In this document: piece by piece, positions 25,245 to 35,034 of the stretch | How positions within the stretch are numbered: the stretch's first letter is position 1 | Layout: every line of letters starts with the position of its first letter | Source: a virus | Lineage: Duplodnaviria; Caudoviricetes | Direction: 5' to 3' (one strand) | IMG/VR virus record: IMGVR_UViG_3300025470_000019 | Span: 15,102-79,101 of that record | Length of the DNA: 64,000 nt | Position numbers and translations under genes: made by a program | The notes under the pieces: model-generated | The model's database searches: none | Told to the model about the DNA's origin: nothing | Seen by the model: the letters and a program-made list of their open reading frames with translations, nothing else

Positions 25245-27827
25245 ATGGTCGCATCGAGTAATACAATTCCAGTCGCTCCACCTTCTCCAACCCAACCAGG
25301 AGCAGATCAGCCTGTAATCAAGTCAGGCGAATCTCATTATGACGTTGATATTGGAGTTAGTTGGGCGCCAACATCAAACACAGTAGCTGGTGGTGGCGTC
25401 GGCGTTTCTCCTCCACCATATCCATCATACACAACTGTCAACAGACCGCCTGATCCGCCATCAAATGCACTTGATCCATTACAAGCTCTTGGCGCACCAC
25501 CTTCACCTCTTGTCAAATTAATCGGTAATACAAAAATTACCACCATGCTTGATGTTGCAACAAACAAGCTGGTGACTACGGTTATTGATACAACAACAAA
25601 TCAGCTTCTTGGTGCGATGTCTGGATTAGGTTCTGATCCTACTGCGCTTGTATCTCAGCTGACTCAGAATTCAACTGGCGCAAAAAATGCACTATCGGTA
25701 GCCGAAACTTCTCTTGCAAGTGCTCAATCTATTCTTGCTGATCCAAATGCAACTGATGCACAGAAAGCTCTGGCTCAGGTAAATATTGATTCAGCAAACA
25801 AAACGATCGCATCATTATCATCACAGACCACAGCTCTTACAGAAGCTGCGGCTCATTTAACTGATAATTTCTCTTTTGACGTATCCCAAATTACTGATTT
25901 TGCTTCTAAAATTGATAGCATAGCAAATTCATTGGCCAGCGGAATTGATCCTGTTTCTCTTGCTCTAAAGCAAGGCGAAGAAATATACAATCAAGCTGCA
26001 TCTATCTTTGGCAGCACTCAAGGAACTGGCAGCTCATTACCTTTCCTAGAGCAAGTCAAGACTCTTGATACATCTTCTGTAGAGATTATTCCGTTCACAA
26101 AACGAACAAACATCAACACAGTTTCTAGTATCGACAATGGCGGTAATGATAAGGCATATTTCCCTACCGTTCCTGCGGCGAACAATATCGTTAACCCAGG
26201 AGCAAACAGTGTCGCTAATCCAAGCGATCGTGTTACTAATACAATCGCCAATGAACCTGTTAGAGAATTCGAAGGGTTATATCCATACAATAAATCAAAC
26301 AAGAGCGAAAGCGGACATCTTCTTGAAGTTGATGACACTCCTGGCAAAGAAAGAATCCTAACTGAACATAAGAGTGGCACCTATCATGAAATGACTGAGC
26401 ATGGTGACTTGATCACTAAAGTGGTTAATGATAATTATTTGATCATTGCCGAGAACGAAATCGTTACCATTCAAGGCAAAGCCAACCTACGTATTCTAGG
26501 CGATGTTAACGTCAAGATCGGTGGTGCTATGATTATTAACCCTGATGGTGGTGTTTATGTCGCCACGAAGGGAGACTTCAGAGTCCATGCTAGGTCTATT
26601 CATATGGAAGCTGATTCAGGAGACGTCAACGTCAAGGCATCAGGCAAGACTAGAATTACGTCAGGCGACGAGCTTCATGTAAATTCAAAGAACAATATTA
26701 TTGAATCCTCAGGCAAGACATCTATGAAGTCTGGTGGCACGAATACGATTCAAGCGGCAGGAATTAACTTCAACTCAAGCAAGGATGTTAATCTTCGTGC
26801 GGATGGCATTATCGCTTCCGCTTCGACCGGAGACACTACTATCAACAGTGCTGGAAACTTGAACGCGAAGGCTGCTGGATCAATCAACCAGAAGAGTGCG
26901 GGAAGTAATTATATCACTGCGTCTTCTCTTGAGCTCAATGCAACTCTTAATGCAAAGGCAACCACTAATCTTCAAGGAACAGACCCTCAAGGTGGAATTG
27001 TTACTCCAATCAATGGCTCTGGTGCTGCTGACGCTGGCGAAGGAACTGCTGCTGGTGTATTCGTTGCTGATGATGCAGATACGGCAAAGGGTTCAGGTAT
27101 CACTCACTCGGTCAACGTTGATGACTTCCTACAGAATCTAGACGATGAGGATGACGTAACGAGAGCAGCAGCGATTAAACATGCTGTGGAAACTGGAGTC
27201 ATTAGTCAGGCTGACGCAGACAAGATGAATGCACCTCCTGGGACACCATCAGCGAGCGATACATCAGGAGCAGGAAACGTTTCGCCTAGCGTATCAAAGG
27301 CTACTGTTGGTGATCTTGGTAGCCATGCGCCAGCCGACAATCTCAAATTGTCAAAATATTTTACTGTTGCTATGTTGAGCAGTCACTGTGAAGCTGGTAG
27401 CCATGTCATTGGACCGCAGCTTGGATTGTCTGTGACAGATATTACTGGCAACCTACAGCTACTGGCCCAGAACTGTCTCGATAAGATCAAGGATCAATAT
27501 CCTGATATGAGAATCAGCTCTGGTTTCAGAGATCTAGCTTCAAATAACAGAACTGCTGGCGCATCTAAGACTTCTCAGCACTTGAAGGGTGAAGCTGTTG
27601 ATATCAAATTCAGTCACGCTGATAAAGCTCAGTCCCAATACTATGAAATAGCCAAATGGATCAAGAACAATATCCCATTTGACCAGCTAATTTTGGAGTA
27701 TGGTATGCCTTCAACCGACCGTCCATGGATTCACATTTCGTTTACAACTGGACAAAAGCATAGTCCAAGAGTGTCAACGAAAGTTCACGGCAAGACGGTC
27801 GGCGAAGGTTTACATCAGATGAGGTAA
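25245..27827 (+). CDS. gp5 C-terminal (beta-helix) part with C-terminal M15 peptidase
   Basis: YPYNK...SESGH..E.DDTPGKERI...H.SGT, beta-helix repeats, SSGFR...SQH..GEAVD...WIHIS. Confidence 0.8.
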   Translation: MVASSNTIPVAPPSPTQPGADQPVIKSGESHYDVDIGVSWAPTSNTVAGGGVGVSPPPYPSYTTVNRPPDPPSNALDPLQALGAPPSPLVKLIGNTKITTMLDVATNKLVTTVIDTTTNQLLGAMSGLGSDPTALVSQLTQNSTGAKNALSVAETSLASAQSILADPNATDAQKALAQVNIDSANKTIASLSSQTTALTEAAAHLTDNFSFDVSQITDFASKIDSIANSLASGIDPVSLALKQGEEIYNQAASIFGSTQGTGSSLPFLEQVKTLDTSSVEIIPFTKRTNINTVSSIDNGGNDKAYFPTVPAANNIVNPGANSVANPSDRVTNTIANEPVREFEGLYPYNKSNKSESGHLLEVDDTPGKERILTEHKSGTYHEMTEHGDLITKVVNDNYLIIAENEIVTIQGKANLRILGDVNVKIGGAMIINPDGGVYVATKGDFRVHARSIHMEADSGDVNVKASGKTRITSGDELHVNSKNNIIESSGKTSMKSGGTNTIQAAGINFNSSKDVNLRADGIIASASTGDTTINSAGNLNAKAAGSINQKSAGSNYITASSLELNATLNAKATTNLQGTDPQGGIVTPINGSGAADAGEGTAAGVFVADDADTAKGSGITHSVNVDDFLQNLDDEDDVTRAAAIKHAVETGVISQADADKMNAPPGTPSASDTSGAGNVSPSVSKATVGDLGSHAPADNLKLSKYFTVAMLSSHCEAGSHVIGPQLGLSVTDITGNLQLLAQNCLDKIKDQYPDMRISSGFRDLASNNRTAGASKTSQHLKGEAVDIKFSHADKAQSQYYEIAKWIKNNIPFDQLILEYGMPSTDRPWIHISFTTGQKHSPRVSTKVHGKTVGEGLHQMR

Positions 27828-28394
27828 TTAGAAAGAGTGCTTGAACGCAAGTCCAATAGCATCTGAACGAGTCGTTCCGGTAGTACGGTAGTACTGAACA
27901 CCAAGGTTATTACCATGGCCGATCGAAAGACCGAGACCACCATTCAGCTCATTTTCATCAAGACGACGAGTCAGAGTGAATGAGCCACGATGACTATAGC
28001 CAACGTTAGCAACAACTGGACCAGCAATCTTATGTGAGGTAGTCACGCCAGCACCCCAAAATCCGTAGTCGTCACCAAGACCCAGCGACTCACCAGCTTC
28101 GGCATATGCTGCGGTCTTGAAGCCAAGAACGGTAGGAAGGGCAGGACCAACGCGAGCCGACACCTTCGAGGTAAGAGGACCAGCGCCATTCTTCTGCTTT
28201 ACTTCAATTTCAGCGCCATAATTCAGAAGCGAATTCAGTGGAGCAGTATACTGAACGTTGTATTCAGTCGAGTCGGGCTTCGTGCCACCACGAACGTCTC
28301 CAAGGCGAACTTCAGCCTGAATAGTGCCTGCCATAGCAGGAGCAGAAACGGCAGAAAGAGTTACCGCAGTAAGAGCAAAAATTGTATTCTTCAT
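27828..28394 (-). CDS. Outer-membrane beta-barrel protein
   Basis: Signal peptide MKNTIFALTAVTLSAVSAPAMA, alternating beta-strands, terminal Phe (AFKHSF). Confidence 0.7.
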   Translation of the reverse strand: MKNTIFALTAVTLSAVSAPAMAGTIQAEVRLGDVRGGTKPDSTEYNVQYTAPLNSLLNYGAEIEVKQKNGAGPLTSKVSARVGPALPTVLGFKTAAYAEAGESLGLGDDYGFWGAGVTTSHKIAGPVVANVGYSHRGSFTLTRRLDENELNGGLGLSIGHGNNLGVQYYRTTGTTRSDAIGLAFKHSF

Positions 28395-28397
28395 ATT

Positions 28398-28799
28398 TTA
28401 ATTACTTTCTTTGATTCGACAACGAAGCTCAGAAGAGCTATAGTTGTGCTTTCGTTTACAAAAATAAACAGGAATGTCTAAACCATATCCTGTATACGAT
28501 TTACTGTCGAGATAATCTTCGCCCAAGAATCGGATGTCGATTTGAGTATTCGCCAGCAAATTTAGTAAGTCCTCTTCGGTATCGTAGGGGACAATATCAT
28601 CTACAACCTGCAGTGCTTTGAGTTGTAGATATCTTTCGAATGTAGATTGAATAGGAACATTCTTATCTTTTCGATCAATGCTTGGATCGGTATGGAGACC
28701 AACAACCAAACGGTCACACTTTGATTTAGCTTCTGCTAACATAAGGATATGTCCAGGATGCAGAAGATCAAAGGCACCAGCAACAAAACCAATTTTCAT
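28398..28799 (-). CDS. Cytidylyltransferase-family nucleotidyltransferase (TagD/RfaE-C-like)
   Basis: GAFDLLHPGH, LVVGL..D, ER...L, YSSSELR. Confidence 0.85.
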   Translation of the reverse strand: MKIGFVAGAFDLLHPGHILMLAEAKSKCDRLVVGLHTDPSIDRKDKNVPIQSTFERYLQLKALQVVDDIVPYDTEEDLLNLLANTQIDIRFLGEDYLDSKSYTGYGLDIPVYFCKRKHNYSSSELRCRIKESN

Positions 28800-28816
28800 A
28801 ATAAATCAAATCCTAA

Positions 28817-29188
28817 TTAACGCGGCGCTTGCCTCGACACAGTAGTTGAATGTATCTTTTGCGCCTTAAAGTATTTTTGAAATATATCCTGAACCAAATC
28901 AGAATCGTATGGCTTACAAGAAAATATATCTACATAAGCAGAATTTCTATCTGCAGGACAAAAATGAGCTGATACATTAGAGTCTTGCAGAAGCTGATAG
29001 ATAGAATAGCCTATTTTATTTGGATCGTTCGTATCACACCAGATAATATTAAGATTCCCAATTTTAACCATTTCAATAGATTCCAAAAGATCATCAACAA
29101 AGGTCTGAAATACTTGTTTGTCCATAATAGCAGATGAATCACATTCTGCGGCATCAATCATTGTAATCCAACCCCATGGCTTGCTCAT
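28817..29188 (-). CDS. S-adenosylmethionine decarboxylase proenzyme-like
   Basis: G.S.YQL..DSN.S.HF.......Y.DIFSCK.YD pattern. Confidence 0.65.
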   Translation of the reverse strand: MSKPWGWITMIDAAECDSSAIMDKQVFQTFVDDLLESIEMVKIGNLNIIWCDTNDPNKIGYSIYQLLQDSNVSAHFCPADRNSAYVDIFSCKPYDSDLVQDIFQKYFKAQKIHSTTVSRQAPR

Positions 29189-29206
29189 TATTAGAATCCT
29201 TTTTAC

Positions 29207-29271
29207 CTAAATAAAAGTGGTTCGCGATGTACCACCATCCAACCACACTAACGTCACTGGAGACAATCAGC
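29207..29271 (+). promoter_or_regulatory. Late promoter plus conserved structured endonuclease leader, copy C
   Basis: CTAAATA-aaa-GTGGTT-CGC-GATG-taccac-CATC-C-AACCAC-ACTAA-cGTC-actgga-GACaa-tCAGC-ATG. Confidence 0.85.
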
Positions 29272-29916
29272 ATGATTATTTATCTTTATGTAAAACGCCA
29301 TAAAATTACTGGTCTGAAATATTTTGGTAAAACCATACAAAATCCATGGATTTATCCTGGATCGGGCAAATATTGGAACCGACATCTAAAAGTCCACGAA
29401 AACAATGTTGAGACTATAGAAGTTTGGGGATTTGACGATCAAATTTTATGTTGTGAGTTTGCGCAAAAATATTCAAAATTACATAATATCGTTGAATCCA
29501 AAGATTGGGCCAACCTCATTCCGGAAACAGGAACTGATGGAGGATTTACTACATCTAGAGAACAACAAAAGAAAATTTGGGAAAATTCAGCTTTGCGCGA
29601 AAAACACCATAACAGCATAAAACGCTCATGGACTGAAAAACGAAAAGTGATCGCTTCAAATAATACATCAGAACAATGGAAACGTCAGGATAAATCTTTA
29701 ATAGCAGAAAAAATGGTCAAAACCAAAAAAGAAAAATACCCTGACGGTAATCCAAATGTGGGCGTTTATGTAAGAACGGAAGAAATTAAACACAAAATGA
29801 AACTTGCGGCTAAAGAACGAGATTTAATCAAGATAGTTTGCGAACAATGTTCGAAAGAATCTAATAGATCTAATTATGCTCGCTGGCACGGATCTAATTG
29901 CAAAACTTTACGCTAG
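29272..29916 (+). mobile_element. Free-standing GIY-YIG-variant endonuclease with C-terminal Zn ribbon
   Basis: IIYLYVKRH.ITGLKYFGKT, YPGSGKYW.RHL, WANLIPE.G, CEQC...RWH..NC. Confidence 0.85.
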
Positions 29917-30110
29917 TAGTCCTGATCATCGTCGTATAAACTTTCTATATCCAGTTTGCGTAGAGCACTATTTATTCTTTTTTCGTAGCGGTGATTCCGC
30001 CTTTCCTTCAGTGCTCTATATTCACCACCGTCTTCATCATCATACAATTTAGAAGTATTACGGCGATAATCGTTACGGCTCTTAGACATATTCCCTGCGC
30101 TGCTATACAA
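29913..30110 (-). CDS. Small hypothetical protein
   Basis: Co-oriented with neighbouring minus-strand genes. Confidence 0.6.
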   Translation of the reverse strand: MYSSAGNMSKSRNDYRRNTSKLYDDEDGGEYRALKERRNHRYEKRINSALRKLDIESLYDDDQDY

Positions 30111-30115
30111 TTGAG

Positions 30116-30721
30116 TTATTCTTCTGGTTCTTCTTCGTGCTCGTCAGTTGACGAGCCATCCGGATGATTCCTCGCTATGTGTTGGGCGAGTGGTCCTGGT
30201 AAGAATAGCCCATCCTCTGCGGTAGATACGCACCCAAAAGGGCAGGGAACTGCGTTTTTTCTCTTGGCACGCTTTTCTTCTTCAGTAAGCTCAGGAGGCT
30301 CAGGAAGGAAGTTAGGGAATGTCTTCTTCACTAGCTCATAGGTGATGCTAGGATAGAGAGACTTCTTGTCCTTCATAGCCAGAATCAGATCAGCATCGTC
30401 AGGGTCAAGCGACTCGAGAAGCTGAACGAAAAGCGACTGGCGCTTCAGGTCGTGCATAGGAGGAGCAATACCTTCAATGAAATACTTGAGGGTCTTAGCT
30501 TCGCGGTAGAGAGTACCCTGAGCATCCTGGCTCTTCTCGAGCTTCTTGAAAGGAGGAGCGCCTTCAGGCAGAAGGAACTTTACCTCAGGATGGAAGGTAG
30601 CGTGCAGAACCTGCATCAATGGTTGAATTTCAACACATGTGCCGAGAGCGTTCTGTCGTTCTTGGAAATTCTTAATACCAGAGATCGTCTTAAGAATCTC
30701 TGCAATGCCTTGTCTGTTCAC
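30116..30721 (-). CDS. Conserved T4-like hypothetical protein
   Basis: F.P.VKF.LPEG.PP, L.RE...L.YF, R..LF.QLLE.L...DA.L....KDK. Confidence 0.7.
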   Translation of the reverse strand: MNRQGIAEILKTISGIKNFQERQNALGTCVEIQPLMQVLHATFHPEVKFLLPEGAPPFKKLEKSQDAQGTLYREAKTLKYFIEGIAPPMHDLKRQSLFVQLLESLDPDDADLILAMKDKKSLYPSITYELVKKTFPNFLPEPPELTEEEKRAKRKNAVPCPFGCVSTAEDGLFLPGPLAQHIARNHPDGSSTDEHEEEPEE

Positions 30722-30888
30722 TGTTCATTCGCCTTTAGAAATTGTTTAAACTCAGCAACTATATCAACGAAACGACGAACAGGATCATCGCTGCCTTTAC
30801 TTCGCTTTGCATTGTATATATTTGCACCTCTATATAGTAATGAATAGAGTTTCGCTGCTTCAGCTTGTTCGCGAGTACGATCAGTCAT
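30718..30888 (-). CDS. Small hypothetical protein (56 aa)
   Basis: MTDRTREQAEAAKLYS...; overlaps both neighbours at start/stop. Confidence 0.55.
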   Translation of the reverse strand: MTDRTREQAEAAKLYSLLYRGANIYNAKRSKGSDDPVRRFVDIVAEFKQFLKANEQ

Positions 30889-31321
30889 TGACAAACTCCT
30901 GAATTACAAATTCACCACCATCGACAGTAACTCTAGCAGTCGGACACATATTGGTTCGTGTATAATCACGACCACCATCGATCATAGCACCCTTCTTAGC
31001 TACGTAGTCATGACGATAGCGAGAAACGATGACCTCGCCATCCGCACACACCGAACCAACGATAGGCTCAGAGAAACAAGACTCAGCGTTGGTGATATAG
31101 ATAGAATCGTTTTGAATGAACATACCAAAATAGTTGGAATGGCCAGCGTCACGGTTCGGATTCTCGACATAGAACACATCGACTGGTCGTTCGTTCCATG
31201 AATTACCATCCAGCCTCTTAGTGCACCAGTAACCCATATACTTGGCTTCCTTCAGGGCTTCAATTTTACGAATTTGAGATTCGGTGAAGTGATAGCCATC
31301 CTTCGGTAACTCAATAAACAT
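30881..31321 (-). CDS. Hypothetical protein
   Basis: Coupled downstream of rnh; SRYRHDY...IDGGRDY. Confidence 0.7.
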   Translation of the reverse strand: MFIELPKDGYHFTESQIRKIEALKEAKYMGYWCTKRLDGNSWNERPVDVFYVENPNRDAGHSNYFGMFIQNDSIYITNAESCFSEPIVGSVCADGEVIVSRYRHDYVAKKGAMIDGGRDYTRTNMCPTARVTVDGGEFVIQEFVND

Positions 31322-32157
31322 CAGAAGTCTCCAACGGATTCCATAAGGTTCTTCATCTTATTCTCGATGAAATAGCTGAACAGCTTAGAGCGATTGCCCC
31401 ATTCCTGACCATCAAACTGCTCGATCACCTGAGCTTCGATGTAGTCAGGAATGCAGTCAAAGTCGATCAGCTGCTTATTGCGGAGGAAGTTGCGCTTCAC
31501 CTCGCCGTCAAGGGCATCGGGGTTAGCCATAATCTCGTCAATGCGCTTAGTAGTGACAGGCTTCTGGCGCAGACCCATGACGAACGTATTGTCCGCTGAC
31601 AGGCAGTTGGGCACACCGTCCCCGCCATCCCCCCGAATGATATGCTCTAGGAGATATTGCTTGGGGTTAGCGCAAACGATTTCCTTCTTAAGGATCGGGC
31701 TGTATTGCTTCACCATAGGATAAGCCTGCAGCTGCTGGTAGTCCTTATCAGAGGAGGCGATAAGGATGCCCTCAGCATGATAGTGCTTAGTGAGGACAGC
31801 GATGATATCGTCAGCCTCAGCGTGCGGGACTTGGATCACCTTGTAGGGGAAATTCTCACGCAGCTCAATCTTAAACTTATCGAGGCAACCGAAGATCATG
31901 TTCCAATCCATATCGGATTCTTCACGAGCCTTCTTGCGGTGAGCCTTGTAGTAAGGGAAGATTTGCTTGCGCCAATAGTTCTTGTCATCACAAGCGATGA
32001 CGACGTCACCATAATCCTTATACTTCATTTTCATAGAACGAATGCTGTTAAGGAGAATATGACGAAGCAAGTTCTCCTCAACAGGCAGGTTCTTCTGACC
32101 TCCCATCTGCGCGAACACAGAAGAGATCAGGAATTGAGAGAGGTCAATAATAATCAT
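31321..32157 (-). CDS. rnh: T4-type RNase H (5'-3' exonuclease)
   Basis: IIIDLSQ, VIACD..NYWRK..FPYYKA.RK, EADDIIA, SSDKDY.QL, GDGGDGVPN. Confidence 0.95.
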   Translation of the reverse strand: MIIIDLSQFLISSVFAQMGGQKNLPVEENLLRHILLNSIRSMKMKYKDYGDVVIACDDKNYWRKQIFPYYKAHRKKAREESDMDWNMIFGCLDKFKIELRENFPYKVIQVPHAEADDIIAVLTKHYHAEGILIASSDKDYQQLQAYPMVKQYSPILKKEIVCANPKQYLLEHIIRGDGGDGVPNCLSADNTFVMGLRQKPVTTKRIDEIMANPDALDGEVKRNFLRNKQLIDFDCIPDYIEAQVIEQFDGQEWGNRSKLFSYFIENKMKNLMESVGDF

Positions 32158-32600
32158 TTCGAAAGCCTTGCTTGAATTTCAAGATAGAACTGGTTGTATT
32201 TAGCCAGCCGAGCGATATCCTTTTCGGTGATACCCTTCAGCCGACGGATGTCGGTGTTATGACGAAGGTCAGCCAGCTTCACACGCATCGCGTCTTCATT
32301 GGCGAACACACCCTGCTTATATTGCTCATAGCTTTGGCCAGGCATCTTGGTGAGGGCAGCGACAGCCTCAAGGATACGAACGGTACAACCGATATCGGCG
32401 AGGTCAGCCCATGTCGTCTTAGTGTCTTCAACCACATCGTGGAGGAGAGCGATGCACTGGAGTTCCTCATCGTCAGACTTGAGGTAGTGCATTACCTTCA
32501 TCGGGTGGAGAATGTAGGGGTTGCCGCCACGGTCGAATTGACCAGCGTGAGCGTTAGTGGCGAGAACGAGGACTTTGCCGAGGAGTTCGCCTTTTTTCAT
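32154..32600 (-). CDS. HD-domain (p)ppGpp-hydrolase-like protein (Mesh1/SAH type)
   Basis: AH.GQFDRGGNPYILHP, ALLHDVVEDT, VKLADL.HN. Confidence 0.8.
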   Translation of the reverse strand: MKKGELLGKVLVLATNAHAGQFDRGGNPYILHPMKVMHYLKSDDEELQCIALLHDVVEDTKTTWADLADIGCTVRILEAVAALTKMPGQSYEQYKQGVFANEDAMRVKLADLRHNTDIRRLKGITEKDIARLAKYNQFYLEIQARLSK

Positions 32601-32625
32601 ATAAAATTCCCTTTCCTTATTATTC

Positions 32626-32654
32626 ATTCTAACCTAGATTTGAAAATAAGGAAA
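32626..32654 (-). promoter_or_regulatory. Early promoter, copy 8
   Basis: TTTCCT-17-TAGAAT on the minus strand. Confidence 0.85.
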
Positions 32655-32662
32655 GCACTTTC

Positions 32663-32953
32663 TTACTGAATCGTGAGCCCAGTGGTCTGCTTGAGGTATT
32701 GGCCAGCCACCATCTTATCGGTCGGGAAGTGGCAGATCACCACGGTCGCCGGAAACTCAATCGTTATGTCCTGAGGCGCAGAGAAGGCGAACGGAACGAG
32801 ACCCAGCCCCTGTGCACCCATCATGAAGGTCACTGGCTTCTTGAGCCGGACGGTTCCCTCATCGCTAGGTTCGAACCGACCGATAACCTCCTCGCCGGAG
32901 GTCAGCTTGATCGTGATTGTATCATTCAACTTATAATTCATTTTATTCCTCAT
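32663..32953 (-). CDS. Small Sm-fold-like conserved phage protein
   Basis: ITIKLTSGEEVIGRF....L.KP....QG.GL.P. Confidence 0.65.
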   Translation of the reverse strand: MRNKMNYKLNDTITIKLTSGEEVIGRFEPSDEGTVRLKKPVTFMMGAQGLGLVPFAFSAPQDITIEFPATVVICHFPTDKMVAGQYLKQTTGLTIQ

Positions 32954-33263
32954 CGTTATCAGGATTGTCGATCATCAATTCAATTTCAATTTCTTCGTCT
33001 TTGATAATCTGTTTAGCAAGTTCTTGAAAGGGATGCTCGACACCAAGGCATGAGCAAATAAATGACTCCATAGCCTCGAGAAAGAGAATCATCTCTGGTG
33101 TTTCCATCATATGCGATGGATCAATACCCATGTCATCTAAATCATTAACAATATCGTTAGCAAAATCGCAAGTCAATTGGTGAGCATAATCAGTGTTATT
33201 AAAAGCGAGGGTTGCTTCTTTCTCTTTCTTCTTTGAGACAAAATCAACCACATTGTTTGCCAT
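32943..33263 (-). CDS. Hypothetical protein
   Basis: NVVDF...; acidic; coupled to neighbours. Confidence 0.65.
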   Translation of the reverse strand: MANNVVDFVSKKKEKEATLAFNNTDYAHQLTCDFANDIVNDLDDMGIDPSHMMETPEMILFLEAMESFICSCLGVEHPFQELAKQIIKDEEIEIELMIDNPDNDEE

Positions 33264-34342
33264 TAGGTCACCTTCAGGAGAATAGTTTCAGAATTAATCC
33301 TACCGTTCAAAGGAGAACCAGCAGTCTTCACTGTATCTAGGAACTTTCTGAGACCTACCTTACCCAAGCCAAAGAATTCCTTCAGCTGCTCCTCCGGCTT
33401 GCGCAGGGTCTTGCTGATAGACAGCTCAGGGTCGAAGCCAGTGACCGAAGTCCCCTTGACCATGAATCCCTTTGGCGCATTGCTCTGATAGAAGCCGATG
33501 CGTCGGGTCTTGGTGTTATAGACCCATAGCTGGGTTGCCCCGATGATCGACTGAGGATTGACCGAGGCGAGCTTCAGAGCCGAGTCAGTGGGCTGATACT
33601 TGAGCCACTTGACCAGATCGGCGGCTGGCTTAATCTTGATCGCCTTTGGCGCACGAACCTTGACCACCTTCTTATTATTGAGGTAGCGATCAAAGTCATG
33701 CATCATATCGCCATAGACTTTTTGCCAAAATTTGAGAGTCTTGCCGTAGCTTTCCTTGACCTGCTCATCACCAGACATAACTTCGTCATATGACCGCTTG
33801 TAGAAGTCTCGAAGAGTGTTAGCAGCCTGAACCGAAGCCTGCTTAGCTGTAAGGAAGTTATACATGCTAAACTCTGCGTTCTTGTCGAGTTCTTCTTCAG
33901 CATCACAGATCATATTGTCGATGTTACGCTTAATGCGATCCTGGATCGAGATGACGTTGGTCTTGACGGTCGGCTTGACTTCCTTGACGCCATGGCGAGC
34001 AAGCTCAGCGACCCTCTCGTTGAAGCGAGCCATGTAGGCTTCATTGAAGGTAGTCCCGTTAAGCATCATACGAGCCATCCAGCAGGTGGTCGTCGGAGTC
34101 CGCCACTCAATGGCAGAACGGATGTCGCGGATCAACTGAGGGTCGCGCCCATCCTTCTTGAGATATTCGATGAGCCAGCTCTTGCCCTTAGTCATGTCGG
34201 ACATGTAGTTATACCAGTTGAAGGCATCCATCAACTGGGATTCGGTCGCCGAGCCGACGATGATAGGTTCGTCGCCATAATGTTTCTGGTCAAAGCTCTT
34301 GACCTGAGTTCTGGTTTTGATTTTCTTAGCTGCTTTGGCCAT
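33263..34342 (-). CDS. Conserved T4-like hypothetical early protein
   Basis: FNWYNY, LWVYNTKTR, SKTLRKPEEQL, NGRIN..TILL. Confidence 0.75.
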   Translation of the reverse strand: MAKAAKKIKTRTQVKSFDQKHYGDEPIIVGSATESQLMDAFNWYNYMSDMTKGKSWLIEYLKKDGRDPQLIRDIRSAIEWRTPTTTCWMARMMLNGTTFNEAYMARFNERVAELARHGVKEVKPTVKTNVISIQDRIKRNIDNMICDAEEELDKNAEFSMYNFLTAKQASVQAANTLRDFYKRSYDEVMSGDEQVKESYGKTLKFWQKVYGDMMHDFDRYLNNKKVVKVRAPKAIKIKPAADLVKWLKYQPTDSALKLASVNPQSIIGATQLWVYNTKTRRIGFYQSNAPKGFMVKGTSVTGFDPELSISKTLRKPEEQLKEFFGLGKVGLRKFLDTVKTAGSPLNGRINSETILLKVT

Positions 34343-34367
34343 TTAAAGTCTCCATTCCTTATTATTC

Positions 34368-34396
34368 ATTCTAACCTAGATTTGAAAATAAGGCAA
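34368..34396 (-). promoter_or_regulatory. Early promoter, copy 9
   Basis: TTGCCT-17-TAGAAT with conserved spacer. Confidence 0.8.
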
Positions 34397-34413
34397 GTGA
34401 AAAATTCTTTTGA

Positions 34414-34482
34414 TATAAATATGAATGTGGTTCGCGATGCGTCAACATCCAACCACTCTAACGCTTACAAGGAGCATCAGCC
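34414..34482 (+). promoter_or_regulatory. Late promoter plus conserved structured endonuclease leader, copy B
   Basis: TATAAATA-tgaat-GTGGTT-CGC-GATG-cgtcaa-CATC-C-AACCAC-TCTAA-cGCT-tacaagg-AGCa-tCAGC-c-ATG. Confidence 0.85.
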
Positions 34483-35034
34483 ATGGCTATTTATAGAAAA
34501 ATCTACGAACGACATTTTGGACCAATCCCTAAAGAAGAAAACGGTCGCACTTTCGAGATACACCATATAGATGGGGATCGGACTAATAACAGCATCAATA
34601 ACCTTAGATGCGTTTCCATTGAAGAACATTATAATATTCATTACGCCCAACAAGATTGGGGTGCATGCGGGGCGATCGCACAAAGAATGAATTTGTCGTT
34701 GGACAAAATTTCCAATCTAAGAAGCAAACATGCATTAGCAAGAGTAGCCGACGGAACAAATCCATTCTTAATCCTAAGTAAAATTAGATCTGAAAATGGA
34801 ACTCATAATTGGATGACTGAACAACATTCAGAAAAAACAAGAGAGCGCCAAATTTCTAGATTAGAACTCGGGGATCACGAATTTTGTAAACGATCTGTTT
34901 GCCCTTACTGTGATAAGGAAGGGCAGTATGCCGTAATGGCCAGATGGCATTTCAATAATTGTAAATTGAATCCAAACTACACATCAAAACCCAAAAGAAA
35001 ATATAAAAAGAAACGGCTGAATCAGACCACCTAG
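34483..35034 (+). mobile_element. Free-standing HNH endonuclease with C-terminal Zn ribbon
   Basis: EIHHIDGDRTNNSINNLRCVSIEEH; CPYC...RWHFNNC. Confidence 0.85.

Noticed and set aside
31451-34570. Plus-strand ORFs at 31657, 32172 and 33992
   Set aside because: Shadows of rnh, the HD gene and the 33263 gene, caused by biased codon use.
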